63,588 nt of DNA from Octopus sinensis. Lineage: Eukaryota. The stretch spans positions 1-63,588 of the forward strand of contig NW_021832012.1 of the NCBI RefSeq assembly GCF_006345805.1. The letters run 5' to 3'. Positions 1-11,126 of the stretch are shown one piece after another. The first letter of the stretch is position 1; each line of letters begins with the position of its first letter. The notes beneath the pieces are model-generated. The model saw only the letters and a list, made by a program, of their open reading frames with translations, was not told the DNA's origin and did not search any database. A program made the translations under genes and the position numbers.

Positions 1-834
1 CATTAAAAAAAAAAGACTTTTTTTTACACTTGACATAATTTATGAACAAAACTCCATCTTGGGAGGTATTTGAAACATTTGGTTTATAGTGTGGAATTAA
101 TTACGGACTAATTAAGTTGGTAATTATGATTTAATTTCCGCATTTCCTGCCTAACACGAAGAATGAATGACGTCTTGAAGCATTATTAATATAGAGGAAA
201 CACGACGAAGTGAAATGGAACCATTTCAGTTCTTACTCGGGGAAGAAATATGAGAAAATTAGGGTACGCTAGCGTTATAGTCACAGCTCTCATTCGCATT
301 CTCATCACATCGCCCTGTTATAATCACACCCCATACTAATATCCTAAGCTAATTCCTCCTTTACTCCTAAACAACCCCATGAATGTGAAAGACCAATCCT
401 TAAAGAATTGAATTCAGATCCAGTTCTGTTACATAACTGAAACTGACACTCATTGCTCCTAGACAGGGGTTATTAAATACTTAAGAACTGATCACTTACA
501 AGTCCTTTACAAAAGCTCAAAAGAGAGAGTTCGAATGGTGTACTGCAGACCCGTTGTGACAGTGATATTGGCCCTCGGTCAAAATAATGCACTGAACCCC
601 TGCAAATACATCCACAACATCTATGAATTACGATCAATATTCGTAGGTATATTGAGCAACAGGACAGTCTGTCTTTGCTTCGAAATGGCACAGGTGTAAC
701 GCTGAGGTCTTTTGGGGCAGAGTAGAAACCGGTATGCACCAGAATCAGGTTACAGCTCAGAAGACCCGCACACCGTAGCAGAAGTGTTAAGGCCGCCCCC
801 ACAGGTAAAGTGGATTGGCCTGTAAGATTTCTAT

Positions 835-965
835 GCCAATGTCACATAAAACCGCTCGTGCAGTGTAAAGTGGTTGGCGTTAGAAGGGACCGTGGAAACC
901 ATGCCAAACCAGACTAGAGCCTGCTCTGGTCAAACCGCGCCAGAATGGACAACGGACGTTAGATG
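835..965 (+). mobile_element. 3' part of a SINE/LINE-related repeat ending in a (GAT)n tail
   Basis: gtggttggcgttagaaggg...gaatggacaacggacgttagatgatgat, resembling from memory an abundant octopus repeat 3' end; runs directly into a GAT/GAC microsatellite. Confidence 0.6.
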
Positions 966-1220
966 ATGATGATGGTGATGATGACGACGACGACGATGAC
1001 GACGACGACGATGACGACGGAATACACGGTTTGTAAAGTAGCAAATACACGGTTTGCAAAGGGAAGTTCAAGCAGAGGAAGGCATCAGCTAAGAAAAGCT
1101 GTAGTCTATAGATAATGATGATGATGATGATGATGACGACGATGATGATGACGCTGATGATGATGATGGCTATAACATCGATGATATGTGCAACGATGAT
1201 GACGACGATGATGATGATGA
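961..1220. repeat. (GAT/GAC)n trinucleotide tracts
   Basis: Directly visible; source of the poly-S/poly-I ORF 880..1293. Confidence 0.95.
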
Positions 1221-1739
1221 ATACCACGGCATTGGTAACGGAGCCGACGATCTGGTGGTTATAGAAAAAAAAAACACCAACCCAAGACTCCACGTTGTGG
1301 GATTGAATACGGGGCGGCGGTTATTGTAATGTGAACTTCTTAACCATTTGGCCAATGTGAACACACTCATGCAATCTCAATTTACCTTTAATCAAGCAGC
1401 GCTAGACCTTAATATATCTCCGTGTAAGGCCAGGTGATATAAATAACAACCTGGAGATACGCTTCTGCTCCGACAATGTAAAGGTGTTCTGTTGGTTCCG
1501 AACGGATAGAATGGTAGAATTTGTCGAGATTTGAACACTGGATAGCATTTCTTTATCGGTTTAACGCATCGCCACCCAACCCGCAAACCCATGTTTACCG
1601 TGGAGCGAGAAATTTGAGCGGATAACAACAACAACAACAGCAACATCTACAAAGACTTAGCTGATGAGATAAAACTATTTGGGTAGATGACATTTCTGAC
1701 TCTCTCTCAGATGATAAATCTGTAAACAGAGAGTGGTAT

Positions 1740-1940
1740 ATGTATATATTATATATATATATATAATATATATAGATATATATATATATATATATATGGT
1801 GTGTGTGGGTATGTGTCTGTATATCTGTATATATATATGTATGTATATATATATATATACATGTATATATATATATACATATATATATATACATATATAC
1901 ACACAAATAACACACACACACACACACAACACCAACACAC

Positions 1941-1974
<34 letters not shown>

Positions 1975-2290
1975 GTATAAATATACACACATACATACAT
2001 AAATAGATATATAGATGCACGCATACATACATACACACATACATACATACATCCATATATATATATATATCATACATACATACATACATACATACATGCA
2101 TACATACATACATGCATACATGCATACATACATACATACATGCATACATGCATACATACATACATACATACATACATACATACACACATGCATACATACA
2201 CACATACATACATGCAAACATACATAAATACATACATACATACATACGTACATACATACATACATACATACACACACACACATACACACA
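1740..2290. repeat. Compound (TA)n/(CA)n/(TACA)n microsatellite
   Basis: Directly visible. Confidence 0.97.
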
Positions 2291-2604
2291 CACGCAGAAT
2301 ACATTCACAGATGTTCTGCTCTGCACTCGTAACGACCATCAAACAGCAAAACCGAAAAAGAAAAGGAAAATATTTTTAAAAAAAAAAACTTAAAAAGAAA
2401 GAAATAATCATTTTAAAAGAATGCGTTCTTAATCTATTTTGGAAAATGAAGAATCAGCGAGAAGAAGGAATGATTTACCAATTAATGGTGCTTGTATGGA
2501 ATAAGAGACGAACGTTCGTGCGGCAATGATTTATTAAAGATCTGCTACGAGAGGTTCTTTAGAGTTTGCTGTACACCAATTCATCTTTGGATATATTCAT
2601 ACCA

Positions 2605-3030
2605 GGCGCAGGAGTGGCTGTGTGGTAAGTAGCTTGTTTACCAACCACATGGTTCCGGGTTCAGTCCCACTGCATGGCACCTTGGGCAACTATCTTCTAC
2701 TATAGCCTCGGGCCGACCAAAGCCTTGTGAGTGGATTTGGTAGACGAAAAAACTAAAGAAGTCCGTCGTATATATGTATATATATATATATAATATATAT
2801 ATTATATATATATATATTATATTGCGTGTGTGTGTTTGTCCTCCTTGCATGCTTGACAACCGATGCTGGTGTGTTTATGTCCCCGTTACTTAGCGGTTCG
2901 GCAAAAGAGACCGGAGAATAAGTATTGGGCTTACAAAAGAATAAGTCCCGGGGCCGATTTGCTCGATTAAAGGCGGTGCTCCAGCACGGCCGCAGTCAAA
3001 TGACTGAAACAAGTAAAAGAATAAAAGAAT
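2605..3030 (+). mobile_element. tRNA-derived SINE family S1 (CORE-like, OR1/OR2-type), full length
   Basis: Head ggcgcaggagtggctgtgtggtaag...ggttccgggttcagtccc; CORE-like caccttgggcaa; 3' module ending gactgaaacaagtaaaagaat; about 20 copies in window. Confidence 0.9.
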
Positions 3031-3112
3031 ATATTTAGACACAAACGAAGTCTTGCTATGGAATTAATCATAGAGAGCAGTGTACTCCTGCGTTTTATAA
3101 TTTATATATGTA

Positions 3113-3613
3113 CTAGCAGTATCGCCCGGCGTTGCTCGGGTTTGTAAGGGAAATAACTATATAAGCATTTTTAGAGAATTATAGCCAAAAAATAGCAAAA
3201 AAAATGCATTAAAAATGGGAAAAAATGATGGTAATTTTTTTTTAAATCGTTGACTCATCGTAGACATTTTTAGAGAGTTACTTCGATTATATAACAGCGA
3301 AAAAAATGCATTAAAAATGGAAAAAAATGATGGTAATTTTTATTAAAAACCGTTGACTCATCGTAGACATGTTTAGAGAGTTACTTCCCTTATATAATAG
3401 CGAAAAAATGCATTAAAATGGGAAAAAAATTATGGTAAATTATTTTTAAAATCGTAGACTCATCGTAGACGCGCGCTAATACCCAGAAGGGCTCGATATG
3501 AATCACGACTATAAGATACCCGCTTTTGGTTACACTGCACCGCAAAATGTGGCAGTAGTTGGGAATCTAAATCGTAGGAGACAGACACACAACCTTACTT
3601 TTATATATAAAGA
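3113..3613 (-). mobile_element. Non-autonomous Helitron, copy 1 (501 bp)
   Basis: Minus strand starts A|TCTTTATATATAAAA and ends CCCGAGCAACGCCGGGCGATACTGCTAG|T: 5' TC, subterminal hairpin, 3' CTAG, AT target, no TSD. Confidence 0.88.
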
Positions 3614-3842
3614 TTTCTTTACTACCCACAAGGGGCTAAACACAGAGAGGACAAACAAGGACAGAAAAACGGATTAAGTCGATTATATCGACCCCAGTAG
3701 GTAACTGGTACTTAATTTATCGACCCCGAAAGGATGAAAGGCAAAGTCAAACCCGGCGGAATTTGAACTCAGAACGTAGCGGCAGACGAAATACGGCTAC
3801 GCATTTCGCCGGGCGTGCTAACGTTTCTGCCAGCTCGCCGCC
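3614..3842 (-). mobile_element. tRNA-derived SINE family S2 (possibly Meta-domain type)
   Basis: Reverse complement of ggcggcgagctggcagaaacgttagc...gcctttcatcctttcggggtcgataaattaagtaccag; 12+ copies in window. Confidence 0.9.
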
Positions 3843-3896
3843 TTTTATAATTTATATATCATGGCGGCGAGATTTGACTGGTATGCAATGACCGGT

Positions 3897-3947
3897 GCTT
3901 CTCACTGATGAAGTTTAGGAGACTGAAATCACGGGATGTCGGGAAAT
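3897..3947 (+). ncRNA. Degenerate hammerhead-like motif in probable Penelope-like repeat
   Basis: CTGATGA 3905-3911, stem II AGTT/GACT, GAAA 3925-3928, near-palindrome ATCACGGGAT; position 17 is G, so probably inactive. Confidence 0.5.
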
Positions 3948-4166
3948 CTGTCTCCCATGACGGGCGACTCTCGTCTTCTACGTTCTATGCGTGAACTTTT
4001 ATGTACCAAGCACCTAAAAGGGTATCTCTCAAGACTATGAGTCGGTGCTTTAACAAGACATCCACGTTGAGATGGATAGAAAGGTTACCTTTTCGCACTA
4101 AATACTGCTTCCGTCGCTAAAAATTAATATAATTGTAATAATGATCATAATGAAGGATTCGAAATG

Positions 4167-4197
<31 letters not shown>

Positions 4198-4210
4198 ATG
4201 TGTGTGTTTG

Positions 4211-4266
<56 letters not shown>

Positions 4267-4623
4267 CTAAATAATTTATGATATCCCAAGAATTCTTTTT
4301 TTTTTATCTGATCATAAGAGTGTCACGAATATGCTAACAATATCTAAAGAACAGTTTGTGAGTGCCGCCGTATAGAAGTTAATACCCAGTTTGCATTTGG
4401 CCCCCACCACCCGGTTGCCACCCAGCATTAAGGACTAAGAAATATACTGATATACTGTAGCAAGCAAGAATAACAATCGCGGCGCAACAAATGTTTGTTG
4501 ACTTTTTCTCAACATTACATTTGTATTTTTTTCTATTTTTTTCTTCTTTTTCTCTCCTGCATTTTCAAACTTCTTCTTTACAAAACCGTTTAATCGTCTC
4601 CAGACTGCGATCTATTTACTCAC

Positions 4624-4800
4624 AGATCTTAACTGCATTGTTGTGGCTATTCTACCTTCTTCTTCTACTTCGACTTTGTTTGTTCTGGGTTTCTTTTAAA
4701 GACGATGTTCAGCAGTATTTGATGGAAATCGCAGAGCGACGACGCAAGCAGAGAACGAGTGGGGGGAGCGGATGAGATGAGGGGTGAAGGAATGTGAGGC
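4624..4800 (-). other. Candidate first exon (5'UTR + ATG CAG TTA AGA TCT, MQLRS)
   Basis: Minus strand ccacaacaATG at 4638, upstream in-frame TAA, donor TCT|GTGAGT at 4624/4623; no homology support. Confidence 0.25.
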
Positions 4801-5164
4801 GCGCGCGTGTGTGTATGTGTATGTGTATCACTGTGTCTGTGTTTGCGCGTGGACACGAATGTGTGTGTGTATGTGTATGGCTCGGTGCATACTTGAAGTG
4901 TCCGTGTATGTCTGCTTGTAAGAGTGTTTCTACATGATTACTGGTGCAGCTAATGAGTGTTTTATGTCACTGCATTAATTGCTCCCCGCTTTGCTGAGGA
5001 CCAGATGAAGATTTAAAAGAGGATTGGGCCACAAGAAATGGTTAGAGTGGTTTAATGCCTTTAAAATTTGACCAACGCCATGATAAAGCATGAAGGATTT
5101 TATTGAGATTCGCTGCATTTTGTCTTCTCATTCATAAAGACCGGGCACCACAAAAAACCCAGCT

Positions 5165-5198
<34 letters not shown>

Positions 5199-5214
5199 AT
5201 ATATATATATTCAA

Positions 5215-5430
5215 GGCGGCGAGCTGGCAGACTCGTTAGCACGCCGGGCGAAATGCGTAGCCGTATTTCGTCTGCCGTTACGTTCTGAGTTCAAATTCCG
5301 CCGAGGTCGACTTTGCCTTTCATCCTTTCGGGGTCGATAAATTAAGTACCAGTTACGCCCTGGGGTCGATGTAATCGACATAATCCGTTTGTCCCCTCTG
5401 TATTTAGCCCCTTGTGGGCAATAGTGAAAT
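5215..5430 (+). mobile_element. SINE S2
   Basis: ggcggcgagctggcag...agccccttgtgggcaatagtgaaat. Confidence 0.9.
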
Positions 5431-5530
5431 ACATATATAATATATATATATATATATATATAATATATATAATACATACACACACCCACATATATATATA
5501 CATGCATACACACACATTACATATAAACAT

Positions 5531-5563
<33 letters not shown>

Positions 5564-5595
5564 CATGCATACACACACATATACATATAAACATA

Positions 5596-5639
<44 letters not shown>

Positions 5640-5642
<3 letters not shown>

Positions 5643-7384
5643 TACTCACACATATACATATAAACATACAAACACATATATATATATACATGCAGACACA
5701 CACATATACATATAAACATACACACACATAGAGAGTATCGGAATACAATGAAAGAACCATACCAGCTGGGAATCGAAACCAGATCTCTCTGGCGCGCTTC
5801 ACTAAGAATGCGACAGCACAGACTATTCCACTGGGGAGGAAATTGCTTTCACATTTCAAATGAAACTTCATTGTTGTTTTTATTACTTTCTTTATTTTGT
5901 TTTATTTGATTTGATTTTGTTTTCCCCTTTGTATGGGAGTTTTAAATATGTCCCAGTTACACCAATGACATCAACAGTAATAGCATCAACAACAACAACA
6001 ACAATATTCTGTCAATCAGTTCATGGCTGACTGGTTAGACGTGGTTAGACGCTTGCTTCCCAACGACACGGTTCCAGTTTCGGTTCCTCTGCGTTGCACC
6101 TTTTGTTTTGTGAAGCGCGCCAGAGAGATCTGGTTTCGATTCCCAGCTGGTATGGTTCTTTCATTGTATTCCAATACCCTTAGTGTAGGAGGATGGGTAT
6201 ATAGGATTTACATCTGTCTGAGAAAGGCACGATTGTTACCCGGCAGTTCCTCCCAAAAGTCTGTCGATTCCTGTGATATAGGTCAGTGGAGCCAGGCCCC
6301 ACAAAACAAAAATTTGGTCGGCGGAAACTGAAGGAAGCCTGTCTTATATATGAGATAAACCTACATCACGCAAGTAATTCAAAAGAGAGCAGCAATATTA
6401 TATTCGCTCCTTCACCAAAAGCCAATAAGCCAATCACAAAAGAGTGGGTATTGAAAGACCCTGGGTGGCTCGGCTGAAACGCTAAAAGAATATTACACAT
6501 ATATATATATATATATTATATATATATATATATAGCATACTCACACATATACATATAAACATACACACACAATATCATATATATACATGCAGACACACAC
6601 ATATACATATAAACATACACACACATGAGAGTATCGGAATACAATAAGACACCTACCAGCTGGGAATCTAAACCAGATCTCTCTGGCGCGCTTCACTAAG
6701 ATGCGACAGCACAGACTATTCCACTGGGGAGGAAATTGCTTCACATTTCAAATGAAACTTCATTGTTGTTTTTATTACTTTCTTTATTTTGTTTTATTTG
6801 ATTTGATTTTGTTTTCCCCTTTGTAGGGAAAGTTTTAATATGTTCCCAGTTACACCAATGACATCAACCGTAAATAGCATCAACACAACAACAACAATAT
6901 TCTGTCAATCGTTCATGGCTGACTGGTTAGAACGTGGTTAGACGCTTGCTTCCAACGAAACGGTCCAGTTTCGGTTCCTCTGCGTTGCACCTTTTGTTTT
7001 GTGAAGCGGCCAGAGAGATCTGGTTTCGATTCCCAGCTGGTATGGTTCTTTCATTGTATTCCAATACCCTTAGTGTAGGAGGATGGGTATATAGGATTTC
7101 ATCTGTCTGAGAAAGGCACGATTGTTACCGCGGCCTTTCCTCCTCAAAAGTCTGTCGATTCCTGTGATATAGGTCAGTGGAGCCAGGCCCCACAAAACAA
7201 AAATTTGGTCGGCGGAAACTGAAGGAAGCCTGTCTTATATATGAGATAAACCTACATCACGCAAGTAATTCAAAAGAGAGCAGCAATATTATATTCGCTC
7301 CTTCACCAAAAGCCAATAAGCCAATCACAAAAGAGTGGGTATTGAAAGACCCTGGGTGGCTCGGCTGAAACGCTAAAAGAATAT

Positions 7385-7390
<6 letters not shown>
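5640..7390. repeat. ~893-bp tandem duplication (5640-6495 / 6535-7390) bounded by (TA)n
   Basis: Identical ORFs 6286..6477 and 7177..7368; whole block repeated with scattered 1-nt indels. Confidence 0.92.
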
Positions 7391-7422
<32 letters not shown>

Positions 7423-7685
7423 TAAAACAATGATAAATATCAAAGTGAGTTATATACAGTAGCGGTAACACATCGTGCCTTTCTCAGACAGATGTAAATC
7501 CTATATACCCATCCTCCTACACTAAGGGTATTGGAATACAATGAAAGAACCATACCAGCTGGGAATCGAAACCAGATCTCTCTGGCGCGCTTCACTAAGA
7601 ATGCGACAGCACAGACTATTCCACTGGGGAGGAAATTGCTTTCACATTTCAAATGAAACTTCATTGTTGTTTTTATTACTTTATT

Positions 7686-8225
7686 ACTCGAGTCCGTGTG
7701 TATCATAAGTTGAAGACGGGAAGGATGACTTCCCTTTGCAAATACTGAGGACACAGATAGTGTGTCTATGGCCAGCTGGAGGAGTGTGTCCTCCTGGGGC
7801 TAAAAACTACAGTAGCATCCACCCTTAGGGTTAGCCATATTGAAATGGCAAAAATACGTCACGATGTGTTACCGCTACTGTATAGAACTCACTTTGATAT
7901 TTATCATTGTTTGATTTCACTTTTTCAATATAGCGACAGTGGGCGCTGGAAAAAGTATAAGTATTTGTGAAGAAATCTAATTCTCGGCGACAACTATGAT
8001 TGTCACACGCTGACGAGAGGTCAATACCTCGAAACTCGAGTCCGTGTGTATCATAGTGAAGACGGGAAGGATGACTTCCCTTTGCAAATACTGACAGGAC
8101 ACAGATATGGTGTCTATGGCCAGCTGGAGGAGTGTGTGTCCTCCTGGGGCTAAAAACTACAGTAGCATCCACCCTTAGGGGTTAGCCATATTGAAATGGC
8201 AAAAATACGTAAATACGTCACGATA
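7686..8225 (+). mobile_element. Hammerhead-bearing non-autonomous element (Penelope-like/retrozyme-like), ~1.55 tandem units of 348 bp
   Basis: Direct repeats 7686-7865 and 8034-8225 (actcgagtccgtgtgtatc...aaatacgtcacgat); complete hammerhead at the unit junction. Confidence 0.75.
8004..8048 (+). ncRNA. Minimal type-I hammerhead ribozyme, intact core
   Basis: Stem I CACACG(8004-09)/CGTGTG(8043-48); CTGACGA 8010-16; stem II GAGGT/ACCTC; GAAA 8031-34; palindromic stem III ACTCGAGT; GUC cleavage triplet 8040-42. Confidence 0.9.
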
Positions 8226-8367
8226 TATATAACATTATTGGTGAATTGAAGAAATGGAGCTGAACGCAGATTGAACAGAAATCGTTTTATTTCATTCTAC
8301 ACGTGTTTCGAAAGGCACGGTTAAACTTTTGATTAATCTACTACAAGATTATCATCTTTCTTTTCAC

Positions 8368-8446
<79 letters not shown>

Positions 8447-8465
8447 GTATATATTATATTATTGA

Positions 8466-8670
8466 GGCGGTGCGCTTGCAGAGTCGTTAGCACGCCGGGT
8501 GAGATGTTTAGCGGCATTTCGTCTGTCGCTTTGTTCTGAGCTCAAATTCCGCCGAGGCTGACTCTGCCTTCCAACCTTTCAGGGTCGATAAATTAAGTAC
8601 CAGTGAAACACAGATCAATGCAATCAATTATCCCCCTCCCCCAAATTTCAAGCCTTGTGTCTATAGTAGA
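8466..8670 (+). mobile_element. SINE S2 (diverged)
   Basis: ggcggtgcgcttgcagagtcgttagcacgccggg...gtcgataaattaagtaccag. Confidence 0.85.
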
Positions 8671-9016
8671 AAGGATTATTATTATTATGTAGGTACGATA
8701 AAGCTGTATCCTCTGGAAGCACACCTGCTTATTACAGTATTTACACTTCAGCAGGTAGTTGTTGTTGTTGTTGTATTTGTGTGATTGATGTGAGGTACAT
8801 ATTAGGGTTGACAATTCTGGAAAAACCAAATGTAAATTTTGTATTATTTGATTCCGTCTGAAGAATTTCTAATAAGGAATTGCTTGCGTTTATCCTACAT
8901 GTACACTTTTGTGATTCCTATTAGCAAACGAAACATGTGTAATGGTGATTAAATAACATTAAAAAAATTCCAATTTTTTGTCTTGTTTTGTTGATGTATG
9001 CACGTGTGTGTGTACA

Positions 9017-9165
9017 CGAGGGAGAGCTGAAAAGTTCCTGGATTTAAGGGTGTCCTGAAAGGCCCAGTTGGAGGCCCAATCTTCCAAGTTCTTTTACGGG
9101 GCTTAGAGAAACTGAAGGACCACTGCAATAAGCGGGTGAATCTGAGAAGGGGAATACGTTAAATA
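9017..9165 (+). mobile_element. mariner-derived MITE fragment
   Basis: TIR-like cgagggagagctgaaaagttcctgg; encodes RGLEKLKDHCNKRVNLR-GEYV, like a mariner transposase C-terminus; same family as 61066-61286. Confidence 0.75.
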
Positions 9166-9496
9166 TGTACGTACGTATGTATGTATGTATGCATGTATGA
9201 ATGTATATATGTGTGTATGTATGTATGTATGTATTTACTGCCCTAATCTAATCCATTACTGAAATATCTTCGTTTCTGTTTTGTTCATTATACCCACCTC
9301 TCTTCCCCTCACAAGCCTCTCATCCTAGAAACCCACTCTCACCCACAACCCACCCTCATTAACCACTCCTACCTTATTTATGAACCCCACATTCCACCCT
9401 CAACGCCTTCTACCTCATTTATCATTAAAATACCCCGATGCAACCCCTTTACCTATTTTCGAAGTGTAATAGATTACGAATTCTTGGTTACAAAAA

Positions 9497-9660
9497 TGCG
9501 CAGGTACGGCTGGGTGGTAATGGGTTTGTTTCCCAGCCACATGGTTCCGGGTTCAGTCCCACTGCGTGGCACCTTGGGCAAATGTCTTCTACTATAGCCT
9601 TGGGCCGACCAAAGCCTTGTGAGTGGATTTGGTAGACGGAAACTGAAAGAAGCCTGTCAT
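9497..9660 (+). mobile_element. SINE S1 (5' module)
   Basis: Match to the S1 head/CORE module. Confidence 0.85.
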
Positions 9661-9689
9661 CTACGTATTTTTTTCTCTCTTTGCCCCAA

Positions 9690-10035
9690 GGCATTTTTCT
9701 AATGCGCCAGCTCAAAGTTCACCCGTCCTGTCGAAAAGACGCCTGTCTGTGACGTCCTGTTTTTGCTTTATTATTATCATTATTGTTTTTACGTATTTTT
9801 GTATTCTTATTCGTTCCCGTCCTTGTTTTGTATACATTCGAGGCTTTCTTCCGAGGAATCTAATGCGCTTGGCTTAGATTTTCCTTTGGAGCTGGCCAGG
9901 TCGGAGCAATCTCAAGATTAATCAGCCGAAATTGCGAGGATGATCCGGTTCTTGACTGAAGATCGAAGGCTTCGAATGTCCCGTCCGTGTTTTTTGTATC
10001 GTCTTCTAAATGTTTTGCGTTCTTGTCCCAGTTTT
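9690..10035 (+). mobile_element. Dispersed repeat family C (probably a Penelope-like terminal repeat)
   Basis: Shared core gatgatccggttcttgactgaaga...cttcgaatgtcc also at 36640-37035, 42700-42925 (minus) and 58890-58990. Confidence 0.6.
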
Positions 10036-10110
10036 TGTTACCGCCTATTGGGTAATTCTACACCTTAAATTACATTTGCGTAGAAATATTATTAAAGAAA
10101 AAAAAAAACA

Positions 10111-10501
10111 GGCGCAGGAGTGGCTGTGTGGTAAGTAGCTTGCTTACCGACCACATGGTTCCGGGTTCAGTCCCACTGCGTAGCATCTTGGGCAAGTGTC
10201 TTCTGCTATAGCCTCGGGCCGACCAATGCCTTGTGAGTGGATTTGGTAGACGGAAACTGAAAGAAGCCTGTCGTATATATGTATATATATATATATGTAT
10301 TTGTGTGTCTGTGTTTGTCACCCTAGCATTGCTTGACAACCGATGCTGGTGTGTTTACGTCCCCATAACTTAGCGGTTCGGCAAAAGAGTCCGATAGAAT
10401 AAGTACTGGGCTTACAAAGAATAAGTCCCGGGGTCGAGTTGCTCGATTAAAGGCGGTGCTCCAGCATGGCCGCAGTCAAATGACTGAAACAAGTAAAAGA
10501 G
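10111..10501 (+). mobile_element. SINE S1, full length
   Basis: Near-identical to 2605-3030. Confidence 0.92.
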
Positions 10502-10727
10502 TATATTATATATATATATATATATAATTGAATACTATCGCCTATTAGGTAATTCTATACCTTAAATTACATTTGCGTAGAAATATTATTAAAGAAAAAA
10601 ATGCAGATGGTGCTCCAGCTTCGCCGCAGATAAATGACTTTAGAATAAAAAAGAATTCATATATCTACCACTACATTCTCCCTTGGGTCCTTCTTATTTT
10701 AAAATAGTATTGATATTTATTTCTATA

Positions 10728-11126
10728 CTAGCAGTATCGCCCGGCGTTGCTCGGATTTGTAAGGGAAATAACTATATAAGCATTTTTAAAGAGTTATAGC
10801 CAAAATATAGCAAAAAATGCATTAAAAATGGAAAAAAAATTATGGTAATTTTTTTTTATATCGTTGACTCATCGTAGACATTTTTAGAGAGTTACTTCCC
10901 TTATATAATAGCGAAAAAAATGTATTAAAATGGAAAAAGATGATGGTAATTTTTTTTTAAATCGTAGACTCATCGTAGACGCGCGCTAATACCCAGAAGG
11001 GCTCGATATGAATCACGACTATAAGATACCCGGTTTTGGTTAAACTGCACCGCAAAATGTGGGAGTAGTTAGGAATCTAAATCGTAGGAGACAGACAGCA
11101 CACAACTACAGTTTTATATATAAAGA
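10728..11126 (-). mobile_element. Non-autonomous Helitron, copy 2 (399 bp)
   Basis: Same termini as 3113-3613 (A|TC...CTAG|T). Confidence 0.88.

Noticed and set aside
473-802. 109-aa Cys-rich minus-strand ORF and a long plus-strand open frame
   Set aside because: No recognisable motif; candidate splice sites do not give a coherent exon; lies next to a SINE 3' end
1595-2393. Long ORFs of [12 protein letters not shown] type here and at 26022-26905, 41748-42596, 43884-44712, 47198-47850, 57235-58542
   Set aside because: They are translations of stop-free microsatellites on both strands, with no domain and no splice context
6286-7368. Identical 63-aa ORFs MEPGPTKQKFGRRKL...
   Set aside because: They span SINE-derived sequence and are identical only because of the tandem duplication
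9950-9995. Family C motif CTGA(A/T)GA...C-GAAT-GTCC as a hammerhead (also 36945, 42775 minus, 58910)
   Set aside because: GAAT instead of GAAA in every copy, and no stem I or stem III pairing in type I or type III topology
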